DNA from: Zestosphaera tikiterensis
GTDB lineage: Archaea > Thermoproteota > Thermoprotei_A > Sulfolobales > NBVN01
DNA: 32,000 nucleotides
NCBI GenBank assembly: GCA_003056265.1
Contig: NBVN01000004.1
Coordinates: forward strand, 60,001-92,000
Direction of reading: 5' to 3'
Each line of letters begins with the position of its first letter. Position 1 is the stretch's first letter. Shown piece by piece: positions 23,838-31,779 of this stretch. The notes beneath the pieces are model-generated. The model saw only the letters and a program-made list of their open reading frames with translations. It was not told where the DNA came from and searched no databases. A program made the position numbers and the translations under genes.

Positions 23838-25631
23838 TTGGTTGGTGATGGCTTCGCAATCAACGATGAGTTGTGGAATTTAATTAAGGGACTGGCTCTT
23901 AAGAACGCATGTGAGCATGGTGGGAAAGCTATAGAAGGACCTATAATCAGCGCGTTATTAGGGAGGAATCCCACCCTTAGGCCCCACGTTAAAGAACTAG
24001 CTAAAGTTGTTTCGGAAGTAGTTAAGGAAGTTAATGCTTTACCGCATCAAGAGCAGTGTAGGTTACTTAACGAGGAGTTTCCAGAGCTGGTTGAGTGGAG
24101 GAGAGAGAAGGAGGAGAAGAAGTTATTACCGCCTCTACCTAACGTATCTAAATATAAAGTTGTGAGGACTAGATTTGCGCCCAATCCTGACTTCTACATA
24201 CATTTAGGAAACGCGAGGCCGGCGATCTTAAGTAGTGAATACGCTAAAATGTACGGTGGTGTAATGATATTAAGGTTTGAAGATACAGATCCTAAAATAA
24301 AGACGCCAACCGTTGAAGCGTATAAGCAGATTAGGGAGGACCTAACTTGGCTAGGTGTTGAATGGCATGAAGAATATATTCAATCGCTGAGGATGTCTAT
24401 ATATTACGGGATAGCTAAGGATCTTATATCTAGAGGCGGTGCTTACGTAGATCTCTGTTCACAGGAAGATTTTAGGAAGTTAAAGCTTGAGAGGAGGGCA
24501 TGCCCTCATAGAAATGCCGACCCAAACACAAACTTAGAACTGTTCGATAAGATGCTTTCAGGACATTTTAAAGAAGGCGAGGCTGTAGTAAGAGTTAAAA
24601 CAGACCTCAACCATCCAGACCCTTCAGTAGTGGATTGGGTTGCTTTTAGAATCGTAGACACTTCAAAACACCCACACCCTATAGTAGGGGATAGATATGT
24701 GGTATGGCCCACCTACAACTTCGCGGCGGGAGTTGACGATCATTTAATGAATGTTACACATATATTGAGGGGCAGGGAGCATTCAGTAAACACGCTCAAG
24801 CAGATGTTTATGTATTCACATATGGGTTGGACCTATCCGGAGGTCATAAACTTAGGTAGGCTTAATCTAGAGGGGTTAATATTAAGTAAATCTAAGATAA
24901 AATCGCTGATTAAGGAAAACCCTGACGCTTTCAAAGGCCCCGAAGACATAAGGTTCGGAACCATAGCTTCCTTAAGGAATAGAGGGATAGACCCTCAAAC
25001 CATTCGCACGTTAATATTGGAGGTCGGGATTAAACAAACGGATGCTTCAATAAGTTGGGATAACATAGCCGCAACAAACAGGAAACTTATAGATAACTTC
25101 ACTAAAAGACTTATGGCCGTCTTCAACCCCGTTAAGATGGTCGTACGCAATTACTTAGGACCTGAAGAGGTTATAATACCCTACCACCCAGATAACGCAT
25201 CTTTAGGTAGGAGAAGCGTTAAGTTAAGCGTGAATGACGGAACGCTTTACGTGATGGTTGAATCTAAGGATGTAAGAGCTTTAAAAGTGAATTCCGCAGT
25301 TAGATTGATGGAGTTATGCAATGTTAGAGTAACAGCCATAAATAAGGACTTAGTTGAAGCTGAGTTCATAGGTAGGGATTTAACGCAAGCTAGGGAGTTG
25401 AGATTACCGATAATTCATTGGGTCTCTACCGATGTTAACGTTCATTTAGAGGTGTTAAAACCCGAAGGTCTGGAAATTAACGTGTTGAAGGCCGTTGGTG
25501 AGAAGGAATTAAGTAATTTAACTCCCGGCGATAGAGTGCAGTTAGTTAGGTTTGGCTTCATTAAAATAGCTGACGTGATTAAAACTTCAACAGACTACGT
25601 TAACGTTAAGTCAATTTACATACATGACTAA
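23838..25631 (+). CDS. gltX: Glutamyl-tRNA synthetase (archaeal type)
   Basis: RFAPNPDFYIHLGNARPA is the HIGH-type motif and LILSKSK is the KMSKS-type motif. RFEDTDP and WPTYNFAAGVDDH are also present. TTG start. Confidence 0.9.
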   Translation: MVGDGFAINDELWNLIKGLALKNACEHGGKAIEGPIISALLGRNPTLRPHVKELAKVVSEVVKEVNALPHQEQCRLLNEEFPELVEWRREKEEKKLLPPLPNVSKYKVVRTRFAPNPDFYIHLGNARPAILSSEYAKMYGGVMILRFEDTDPKIKTPTVEAYKQIREDLTWLGVEWHEEYIQSLRMSIYYGIAKDLISRGGAYVDLCSQEDFRKLKLERRACPHRNADPNTNLELFDKMLSGHFKEGEAVVRVKTDLNHPDPSVVDWVAFRIVDTSKHPHPIVGDRYVVWPTYNFAAGVDDHLMNVTHILRGREHSVNTLKQMFMYSHMGWTYPEVINLGRLNLEGLILSKSKIKSLIKENPDAFKGPEDIRFGTIASLRNRGIDPQTIRTLILEVGIKQTDASISWDNIAATNRKLIDNFTKRLMAVFNPVKMVVRNYLGPEEVIIPYHPDNASLGRRSVKLSVNDGTLYVMVESKDVRALKVNSAVRLMELCNVRVTAINKDLVEAEFIGRDLTQARELRLPIIHWVSTDVNVHLEVLKPEGLEINVLKAVGEKELSNLTPGDRVQLVRFGFIKIADVIKTSTDYVNVKSIYIHD

Positions 25632-25745
25632 AAGTATCGCTCATGACTCAGTAGTGGAAAATCAGCCATCTCAATACGATTTCCTCGTTTCCTTAGATTT
25701 CACCGTCGTTTTGGAAAGCTTTTAAGCTTTACAGAGTTAGTAAAT

Positions 25746-26153
25746 ATGCGACGACTTGAGGGGATGAGAATGAGCAAGGCCACACATATACGGTTTAAAA
25801 CACCTCCCGAAATTGCTGAGAAAGCGTATGAAGCAGTTAAAAAAGCGAGAGAGTCTGGCGGTAAGATAAGAAAAGGAACTAACGAGACAACTAAAGCTGT
25901 TGAGAGAGGCTTAGCTAAGTTAGTGGTTATCGCTGAGGATGTAGACCCACCTGAGGTCGTGATGCACTTACCTCCTCTATGCGAGGAGAAGAAGGTTCCG
26001 TACATATACGTGCCGAGCAAGAAGAGGTTAGGTGAGTCAGCAGGCATTCAAGTTAACGCTGCCGCCGTAGCTATAGTTGAGCCCGGAGAGGCGAAGGGAT
26101 TAGTTGAGGAACTCGCTAAAGCATATCAAGACTTAAAGGCAAGAGGCGCGTAA
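25746..26153 (+). CDS. rpl7ae: 50S ribosomal protein L7Ae (K-turn binding protein)
   Basis: [57 protein letters not shown] is canonical L7Ae. The start could be ATG 25746, 25764 or 25770. Confidence 0.95.
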   Translation: MRRLEGMRMSKATHIRFKTPPEIAEKAYEAVKKARESGGKIRKGTNETTKAVERGLAKLVVIAEDVDPPEVVMHLPPLCEEKKVPYIYVPSKKRLGESAGIQVNAAAVAIVEPGEAKGLVEELAKAYQDLKARGA

Positions 26154-26185
26154 ACCTTAAGATATTTAAGGGATAACGTCGTAGT

Positions 26186-26196
26186 AGCTTTTTTAA
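26186..26196 (+). terminator. Oligo-T tract downstream of rpl7ae
   Basis: A T6 run lies at 26189-26194, 36 nt after the stop. Confidence 0.35.
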
Positions 26197-26283
26197 TCCA
26201 ACATCAATAACGTTAAGCTCTTTTAGAAACATAGCAGTAAATCCTTATAAGTTAGAAACTACATAATTTCTAAGGTGTAAGGA

Positions 26284-26550
26284 TTGGCTGAAGAGAGTGG
26301 TAAGAAAATAGACCTTACTCACCAACCTGTTGATGTAGTCGAGGAGTTTGGTTTCCCCGCCGAGGTACTTCAGATAATAGGCAGGACTGGAGTTACAGGC
26401 GAGATAACTCAAGTTAGGGTTAGGGTTCTTGAAGGCAGAGATAAGGGCAGGATACTCACGAGAAACGTTAAAGGACCTGTTAGGGTTGGTGATATAATAC
26501 TCCTTAGGGAGACGGAGAGAGAAGCTAGGAAATTAACCACTAGGAGGTAG
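26284..26550 (+). CDS. rps28e: 30S ribosomal protein S28e
   Basis: [52 protein letters not shown] is canonical eS28. TTG start preceded by AAGGTG. Confidence 0.9.
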   Translation: MAEESGKKIDLTHQPVDVVEEFGFPAEVLQIIGRTGVTGEITQVRVRVLEGRDKGRILTRNVKGPVRVGDIILLRETEREARKLTTRR

Positions 26551-26559
26551 GTGGTTTAA

Positions 26560-26754
26560 ATGGTTAAAGTGGGTAAATGCTCCTTCTGCGGCGGTGACAT
26601 AAGTCCCGGTACAGGTGTTATGTTAGTTAAAAACGACGGCACCATACTCCACTTCTGTTCAAGTAAATGTTTTAAAAGCTTTAAACTAGGTAGAGACCCT
26701 AAGAGAACACCTTGGTCTTCCTACTTCTTAAGCAGAAAGCAAGCAAGTAAGTGA
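26560..26754 (+). CDS. rpl24e: 50S ribosomal protein L24e
   Basis: CSFCGGDISPGTGVMLVKNDGTILHFCSSKCFKSFKLGRDPKRTPW is the canonical eL24 zinc-ribbon sequence. Confidence 0.95.
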   Translation: MVKVGKCSFCGGDISPGTGVMLVKNDGTILHFCSSKCFKSFKLGRDPKRTPWSSYFLSRKQASK

Positions 26755-26799
26755 ATAGACCTTTTATTATTAACAAAAAATAAATGCAGAGGTGAGTCA

Positions 26800-27219
26800 A
26801 TGATTCAAAGGACGTTATTAATAGTGAAGCCTGACGGTGTGTCAAGAGGGCTTGTTGGTGAAGTGCTTAAGCGTGTTGAAGCTAAAGGCTTGCGAATAAC
26901 GCGTTTAAGGATGGTATATCCAACTAGAGAATGCATTGAAAAACTTTACGACATACATAAAGGTAAAGCTTTCTACGAAGGCCTAGTTAAGTTCATGGCT
27001 TCAGGACCTATAGTAGCTGCTGTTATTGAAGGTGAGGAAGCAGTTAAAGTCGTTAGGAACTTAATAGGCCCTACCAACGGTAGGGAAGCCCCGCCAGGAA
27101 CTATAAGGGGTGATTTCTCACTTTCTATCCAGGAAAATATAGTTCACGCTGCCGACTCTCCTGAAAGAGCTGAGTACGAGATAGAGACGGTATTCGCTCC
27201 TGAGTGTGGGTTTTATTAA
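26800..27219 (+). CDS. ndk: Nucleoside diphosphate kinase
   Basis: RTLLIVKPDGVSRGLVGEV, GPIVAAVIEG, GTIRGDF and NIVHAADSPERAEYE (catalytic His) are present. Confidence 0.9.
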   Translation: MIQRTLLIVKPDGVSRGLVGEVLKRVEAKGLRITRLRMVYPTRECIEKLYDIHKGKAFYEGLVKFMASGPIVAAVIEGEEAVKVVRNLIGPTNGREAPPGTIRGDFSLSIQENIVHAADSPERAEYEIETVFAPECGFY

Positions 27220-27274
27220 GCTATTTAGATGTTAAGGAAATTCATTAGTTATTTTAAATGAAACTGATATTCCC

Positions 27275-30097
27275 CTATTTCTTAGGCGGTAGTTGAAGTT
27301 TTCGCTCGAATTCCTTAATCTTTAGGAGAACGCTTAAGCCGAATTTCCTGTCTATGTTTTGCTGTTTTATCTTAATGATTTCTTTAATGAGTTCTAGAAT
27401 TTCCTGAGTTACTTCTGAAGGGAATTCCGTTAGTATTTCATTTATGTCGTCCTCGCTTGGATCTGTATAAAGCACATCTCCTTCGTCGAAATGCCTTCCA
27501 ACGAGCACATCTCCCTCAATCGATATAGCTACTTCCGAGCCTGTTTTAGCTTCGTTTAAAGCTTTACCTTTAAACTGTATTTGATGTATCTTGCCTAAGG
27601 GTTTGCCATCGCTTCTCATGATTCTATAGCCCGGCCTAATAACACCGCCTAAGACCCTAACCCCTACTATAGCTGGGTTACTTCTCCTAAAGACATAACC
27701 CGGTAGTACTTGAAACTTAGCTGGAAATACAGTTTTCTGAAGCTTTAACATCATCTCCTTAGATTTCTCCTCAGCAACCCACTTCTCATAACTTTCTATA
27801 AGTCTATATATTATATTATCGTAGAATATCTTCACACCTTCAGCTCGAGCTAGCTCCTCCACATCCGCTGGAGCTTTAACGTTGAAAAGAAGTATGACGC
27901 CTAAGTACCTATCCTCCTTAGCTACAACCGCAGCTTCAATCACTTCCCTCCTAGTTAGTGGACCTACATCAGCAAGTCTGACTGGGATATTACGTTTCTC
28001 AAGCATTGATACTATAGCCTCAAGAGTTCCTATGGTGTCCGCCTTAACTACAACTCCCTTAATGTCTTTTGTAAACCTTACTTGAACTAACTCCTCCGCC
28101 ACTTTCCTTACGTACTCATCTATTTTAGACTCGTCTTCAACGGCGTATAGGGGTGCTCCGGCGACAGCCCTTTCAAGGTTTGGAGCACTTATTCTAACTC
28201 CAGCAGCAGCTACTACCTCATTAACATTCATAAAAGCGGACTCGCTCACCACTCTAATCTCCTCTAAGGGTTTAGGCATTAGCAATGCCCTTACCTTAGT
28301 TACTAAAGGCCCTTCCAACCCACCCACCACTATAGTATCGCCCTTCCTAAGCACCCCATCATATATGACGGTATCAATCACGTGTCCGATACCGGGTAAT
28401 TCCTTAACCTCAAGAACCACTCCTCTAGCGGGGCCCGACGTAAACGCTATCCTACCGGTTAAGTACTTCTGGATGATTCCAGCTAGAACCGCTAGGAGCT
28501 CCGGAATACCCTCTCCAGTTTTCGCCGATACTGGGACTATAGCTATAGCTTTCCTAAAGTCTTTAATTCTATCGAATCTTTCCGCAGGTATTTTAAGGTT
28601 GCTTAACTGCCCTACAATACTGTAGATTCTTCTTTCCAACTCCTCAACAGTTTGAGGTGTTTGATTCTTGATGCTGAGCGTGAAGGGAGCGTTCGGCATG
28701 GGTTTCCATCCACGTATCTTATCTATCTTATTAGCTGCCACAACGAAAGGTACCTTCCTACTTAAGAGTATCTCTAGAGACTCAACGGTTTGTTTCTCAA
28801 CACCCTCCATAACGTCAACCACTAAAATAGCGAAATCGGCAGCACTACCACCACGCCTTCTAAGGTTAGAAAAAGCTTCATGGCCTGGTGTGTCTATAAA
28901 TAACAACCCTGGAATTGAAAGCTTTACGGGGAATAACTGCTTTAAAGGCTCGGTTAGTTTCTCGATAACTGATAAAGGAACTAAGCTAGCGCCAACATGC
29001 TGTGTCATCTCACCAGGTTCTTTACTAACTACGGCCGTACCTCTAATCTTATCTAGGAGGGTCGTGTTATGGACGAGGATCCCATTAGCTATGAAAGATT
29101 GAGATCCAGGCACCGTCAAATCATATACGTAACCATCATACTCTAAAACACGTATATCGGTAATCCTAGCTAACTTTAAGCTATTTTGGCTTGATGAATC
29201 ATAACTTACGTTATGACTCTCATCTGCTATAGCGATCGTAAGGTCGTACTCACTCAGGTTTAAATCAATGCGTGTTTTAAAGCCTACTCTAGAGAACAAC
29301 AGCTTGTACTTTACGGCATCGTAATAATTGTTGAAGCGCAGCTTAACTTCTTTTGATGATTTTTTAATGCCTAAATGCTTAATCATTGCTTCAGCGAAAA
29401 CTTTAACGTATTCCTTAGGCAAACTGAAAATCACGTCTTCAGGGTTTTTATATGTTTGTAGAAGATTCTTTAAAACTTTAAGTACGTGTTTCTCTTTAAA
29501 CTCTTCTTTAAGCCACGTATCAAGTACGTGAACGTTATTTAAGTATTTAAAAACCTTAAGTACTAAAGCATCAGCGAAATTACGGAAAGCCTCTAGCTCG
29601 TTACCAGCTAAGTAAGTCGTCAGTTTAAGGAAATCCTCATCCGTGGTGAACTTCCTTAAAGCTTTCATTGAGTTAATAGGTTCAGGAATGGAGTTAATTA
29701 CGTAGATTTCATCACCTCTGCTTAAATGATCTGCTGGGAGCCAGCCATGACCTGTTAGAAATGGATGCTCTGGAGTTACAGCTACTTTGCTTCCATCCTC
29801 AAGTAATACCTCATAAATGTAACCTGAGTATCTTACTCTCCATGCCTGAGTAGCTTCAACGCGGTTTAAGAGGTTGTGGTTGGACACTTCTAGGGAATAA
29901 ACATCATAACTTGTATTCTCCACTTCGTAAACACCCGACTTAAACGTTAAGGTTCCGTTGAAAAGATCCCGTATTGGCTTAAGCCTACCATCAGCTAATA
30001 AGACCAACTCTTCAGGCAGTAAGCATTTTCCATGATCTACATGACCTAAGACGACAACTATCGGCGAACGTAACTTAACCTCACTTCTTTCAGTCAT
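27275..30097 (-). CDS. infB: Translation initiation factor aIF5B (IF2-like GTPase), intein-containing precursor
   Basis: The G1 motif GHVDHGK is split from TTLLDKIRG by a 320-aa insert. DTPGHEAF (G3), NKID (G4) and downstream aIF5B domains are intact. 940 aa minus 320 aa gives 620 aa, the normal aIF5B size. Confidence 0.9.
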   Translation of the reverse strand: MTERSEVKLRSPIVVVLGHVDHGKCLLPEELVLLADGRLKPIRDLFNGTLTFKSGVYEVENTSYDVYSLEVSNHNLLNRVEATQAWRVRYSGYIYEVLLEDGSKVAVTPEHPFLTGHGWLPADHLSRGDEIYVINSIPEPINSMKALRKFTTDEDFLKLTTYLAGNELEAFRNFADALVLKVFKYLNNVHVLDTWLKEEFKEKHVLKVLKNLLQTYKNPEDVIFSLPKEYVKVFAEAMIKHLGIKKSSKEVKLRFNNYYDAVKYKLLFSRVGFKTRIDLNLSEYDLTIAIADESHNVSYDSSSQNSLKLARITDIRVLEYDGYVYDLTVPGSQSFIANGILVHNTTLLDKIRGTAVVSKEPGEMTQHVGASLVPLSVIEKLTEPLKQLFPVKLSIPGLLFIDTPGHEAFSNLRRRGGSAADFAILVVDVMEGVEKQTVESLEILLSRKVPFVVAANKIDKIRGWKPMPNAPFTLSIKNQTPQTVEELERRIYSIVGQLSNLKIPAERFDRIKDFRKAIAIVPVSAKTGEGIPELLAVLAGIIQKYLTGRIAFTSGPARGVVLEVKELPGIGHVIDTVIYDGVLRKGDTIVVGGLEGPLVTKVRALLMPKPLEEIRVVSESAFMNVNEVVAAAGVRISAPNLERAVAGAPLYAVEDESKIDEYVRKVAEELVQVRFTKDIKGVVVKADTIGTLEAIVSMLEKRNIPVRLADVGPLTRREVIEAAVVAKEDRYLGVILLFNVKAPADVEELARAEGVKIFYDNIIYRLIESYEKWVAEEKSKEMMLKLQKTVFPAKFQVLPGYVFRRSNPAIVGVRVLGGVIRPGYRIMRSDGKPLGKIHQIQFKGKALNEAKTGSEVAISIEGDVLVGRHFDEGDVLYTDPSEDDINEILTEFPSEVTQEILELIKEIIKIKQQNIDRKFGLSVLLKIKEFERKLQLPPKK
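29066..30025 (-). mobile_element. Intein inserted in the P-loop of aIF5B
   Basis: The insert starts with Cys25 (TGC, 30025-30023) after GHVDHGK. Block A is CLLPEELVLLADG and block B is VTPEHPF. It ends ...VYDLTVPGSQSFIANGILVHN (Asn344, 29068-29066) followed by Thr+1. The central ~170 aa has only a weak LAGLIDADG-like string (TYLAGNELEA). The segment looks more AT-rich than the flanking exteins. Confidence 0.85.
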
Positions 30098-30183
30098 TTA
30101 AAGCCACCTTACCTGCTCTTATACTTACAAAACCACTTATTAAGCGTGTTAACTTCCTTAAATGTTAACTAATTTATAGATAA

Positions 30184-31269
30184 TTAGCTGATTATGGGAT
30201 ATCTTAGGAGGGCTATAACACCAGCAAACGTCTTTTTAAGCCATTCATATTCAGGTATTTCTGAATTAATAACTAAGACCTCAGCACCTTTCTCCTCCGC
30301 TTTCTTACTTAATTCCTCAATTCTAGGATGATCCTCAACGATGATTAAATGTCTAACCGCACCCATGTTTAATGCTTCAATTATTTCCTTCTCGCCATAC
30401 GTCACATATCCGTCGTCTTTAGCTAAGTGCGTCTTCACCTCCTCGAGGAGGTCGTAAGTCTTTATGTAGGTATGTTGTTTAAGTAGGTCTTTAGCCCTAA
30501 CCACCAATTCTCTAAGTCCTGGAAATCCTTGCGAACTCACGTCGATTAACTCAGGTATTATCAGAGATTTTAACCTATAATCTATGGAGTCGTTTTTCAC
30601 GAAATCGTTCTTTACGTAACCCGGCCCCCCTACTAATATCCCTTTAAGCCTTCCCTGTTCTAAGTACGGTAGGAAGTAATTGTTCATTTTCTCAGCAACG
30701 CTTTTATGGAATTCATCGGTTAACTCCTCTATTATTCTATCGTATCTTCGTTGAGACCAACCACCTTTAGAGTGTTTACCGGGGATATACCCTTCAATCT
30801 CATCTAAGACTAGTATGCTATTCCCTTTAAGCAAGCCTATCGTTGCCTCATCTCTTTCTATAATGACTAAACCATATACATTAGATTCCTCAATCATATC
30901 CTCAAGAAACTCTGTATGAAAGTGTTTATCAGTTCTATAGAAAAATACGTTGACAGGCTCCGGAGGCTCTAAAACCAACGTTATGATCTCACCGGTTTTG
31001 TCGTTCTCACCTGAGAATATCACCAACCCGTTAGGCGGGGTTTTAGGTATTTTAAGCAGTCTATCTATCGCAGCTTCTAAAGCAGTCTGAACTTTACTCC
31101 TAGTCTGTTTAAGCTTTATGTTTTCAGTTATTGAAAGTTCCTGCCTTAAGGTGTTTACAACATCAGCTATAGGTCTTCCAGGCGGTATGTAAAGACTTAA
31201 CAACGTCGTAGCATGTGCTTCCCAAGTCTTAAGAGACTTCACTATCCTCTTAAGCTCTTCTTTACTCAC
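30184..31269 (-). CDS. aRF1 (eRF1-family) homologue with non-canonical NIKS, YxCxxxF and GGQ motifs
   Basis: GTG start. The N-terminus LKTWEAHATTLLSLYIPPGRPI and overall collinearity are typical aRF1. The motif positions read ITENIKLKQTR, FFYRTDKHF and PGKHSKGGWSQRRYDR (Trp171 codon TGG at 30759-30757). Confidence 0.8.
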   Translation of the reverse strand: MSKEELKRIVKSLKTWEAHATTLLSLYIPPGRPIADVVNTLRQELSITENIKLKQTRSKVQTALEAAIDRLLKIPKTPPNGLVIFSGENDKTGEIITLVLEPPEPVNVFFYRTDKHFHTEFLEDMIEESNVYGLVIIERDEATIGLLKGNSILVLDEIEGYIPGKHSKGGWSQRRYDRIIEELTDEFHKSVAEKMNNYFLPYLEQGRLKGILVGGPGYVKNDFVKNDSIDYRLKSLIIPELIDVSSQGFPGLRELVVRAKDLLKQHTYIKTYDLLEEVKTHLAKDDGYVTYGEKEIIEALNMGAVRHLIIVEDHPRIEELSKKAEEKGAEVLVINSEIPEYEWLKKTFAGVIALLRYPIIS

Positions 31270-31450
31270 TCTATACTCGCTAAATATGACCCACCTAAAA
31301 CATAAGATTTTCAGGGAGTAATAAGATTAACACTATCCTTTTGTTTCTAGGCTCTAGCTTCACCGCTTCAGCCATCATCACCACCTGTTTGAGGCTCCGC
31401 CTTTTAAGGTAGGATGAATGTTTTTAAGTTTTTCTTGTTTAATGTTTTTG

Positions 31451-31615
31451 GTGTTGGGTGTGGGTAACCGTAGCTTGGGATGAGTCCCACACCTTCCCGG
31501 TGCTGGCGGCGGGAACTGATGGATGATGCACTCCCTGTGAGGGGCTTCAGAAAGGTGATGGAAGCCCTAGGGGGAGAACCCCTGTTAAAACAATAGGGGC
31601 CGTCAGCCTACTGAA
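31451..31615 (+). repeat. GC-rich intergenic element, copy C (candidate structured RNA); strand is motif orientation only
   Basis: Three local hairpins are present: GGTGTGGG/CCCACACC (31457-31464 / 31486-31493, loop contains GGGATGAG), GGGCTTC/GAAGCCC (31542-31548 / 31561-31567, loop AGAAAGGTGATG) and GGGG-AGAA-CCCC (31571-31582). It shares GGGATGAG, GGCGGCGGGAAC, GATGGAAGCC, GGGGAGAAC and TTAAAAC with copies A, A2 and B. No ORF with a start codon is present. Confidence 0.35.
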
Positions 31616-31779
31616 CTTCCTTAAATGGAGTTAAGAACTTCCTTGTCTAGATCTTATCCCTAACTTCATTCCTTCATTAAATCATTCACCGCAACGTTAA
31701 CATACGTGATAGCCCGAAAACATTAAGAAACGTATGGAAACCTTAAAAACCTTCTCAACGTTTATAGAGAAATAGCTAC

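Noticed and set aside
24506-24712. 68-aa minus-strand ORF inside gltX
   Set aside because: It is a shadow ORF.
25700-26047. 115-aa minus-strand ORF antisense to rpl7ae
   Set aside because: It fully overlaps canonical L7Ae and has a Ser/Thr/Leu-rich shadow translation.
27882-29531. Four plus-strand ORFs (67-144 aa) inside infB and its intein
   Set aside because: All are antisense to the aIF5B GTPase/domain II-IV or intein coding sequence, and none has a motif.
30184-31269. Stop-codon reassignment as the explanation for the aberrant aRF1 motifs
   Set aside because: TGA (e.g. 1202-1204, 12050-12052), TAA (12603-12605, 13019-13021) and TAG (13874-13876) all terminate conserved genes at the expected protein lengths in this window.
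31300-31385. Box C/D sRNA on the minus strand (GUGAUGA at 31379-31373 and CUGA at about 31314-31311)
   Set aside because: The boxes are about 60 nt apart (about 41 expected). There are no internal D'/C' boxes in register and no terminal stem. The region also overlaps the aRF1-like promoter.
31414-31467. 17-codon hydrophobic micro-ORF MNVFKFFLFNVFGVGCG*
   Set aside because: Its hydrophobicity simply reflects the T-rich tract. The ribosome-binding context is weak, and it runs into hairpin 1 of the GC-rich element. Coding cannot be supported from sequence alone.
31515-31556. Hammerhead-like core (CUGAUGG ... GAAA)
   Set aside because: The conserved A9 is a G, stem II does not abut the core strands (8 and 5 unpaired nt), and no stem I/III with a cleavage-site triplet could be drawn.
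31451-31615. SRP (7S) RNA or RNase P RNA
   Set aside because: The GC-rich block is only about 165 nt. It lacks the helix-8 GNAR-loop/AGCAG-type motifs of SRP RNA and the GGAAAGUCC / ACAGAA P4 strings of RNase P RNA. Homologous copies elsewhere in the window also argue against a single-copy housekeeping RNA. An Infernal search is still needed.
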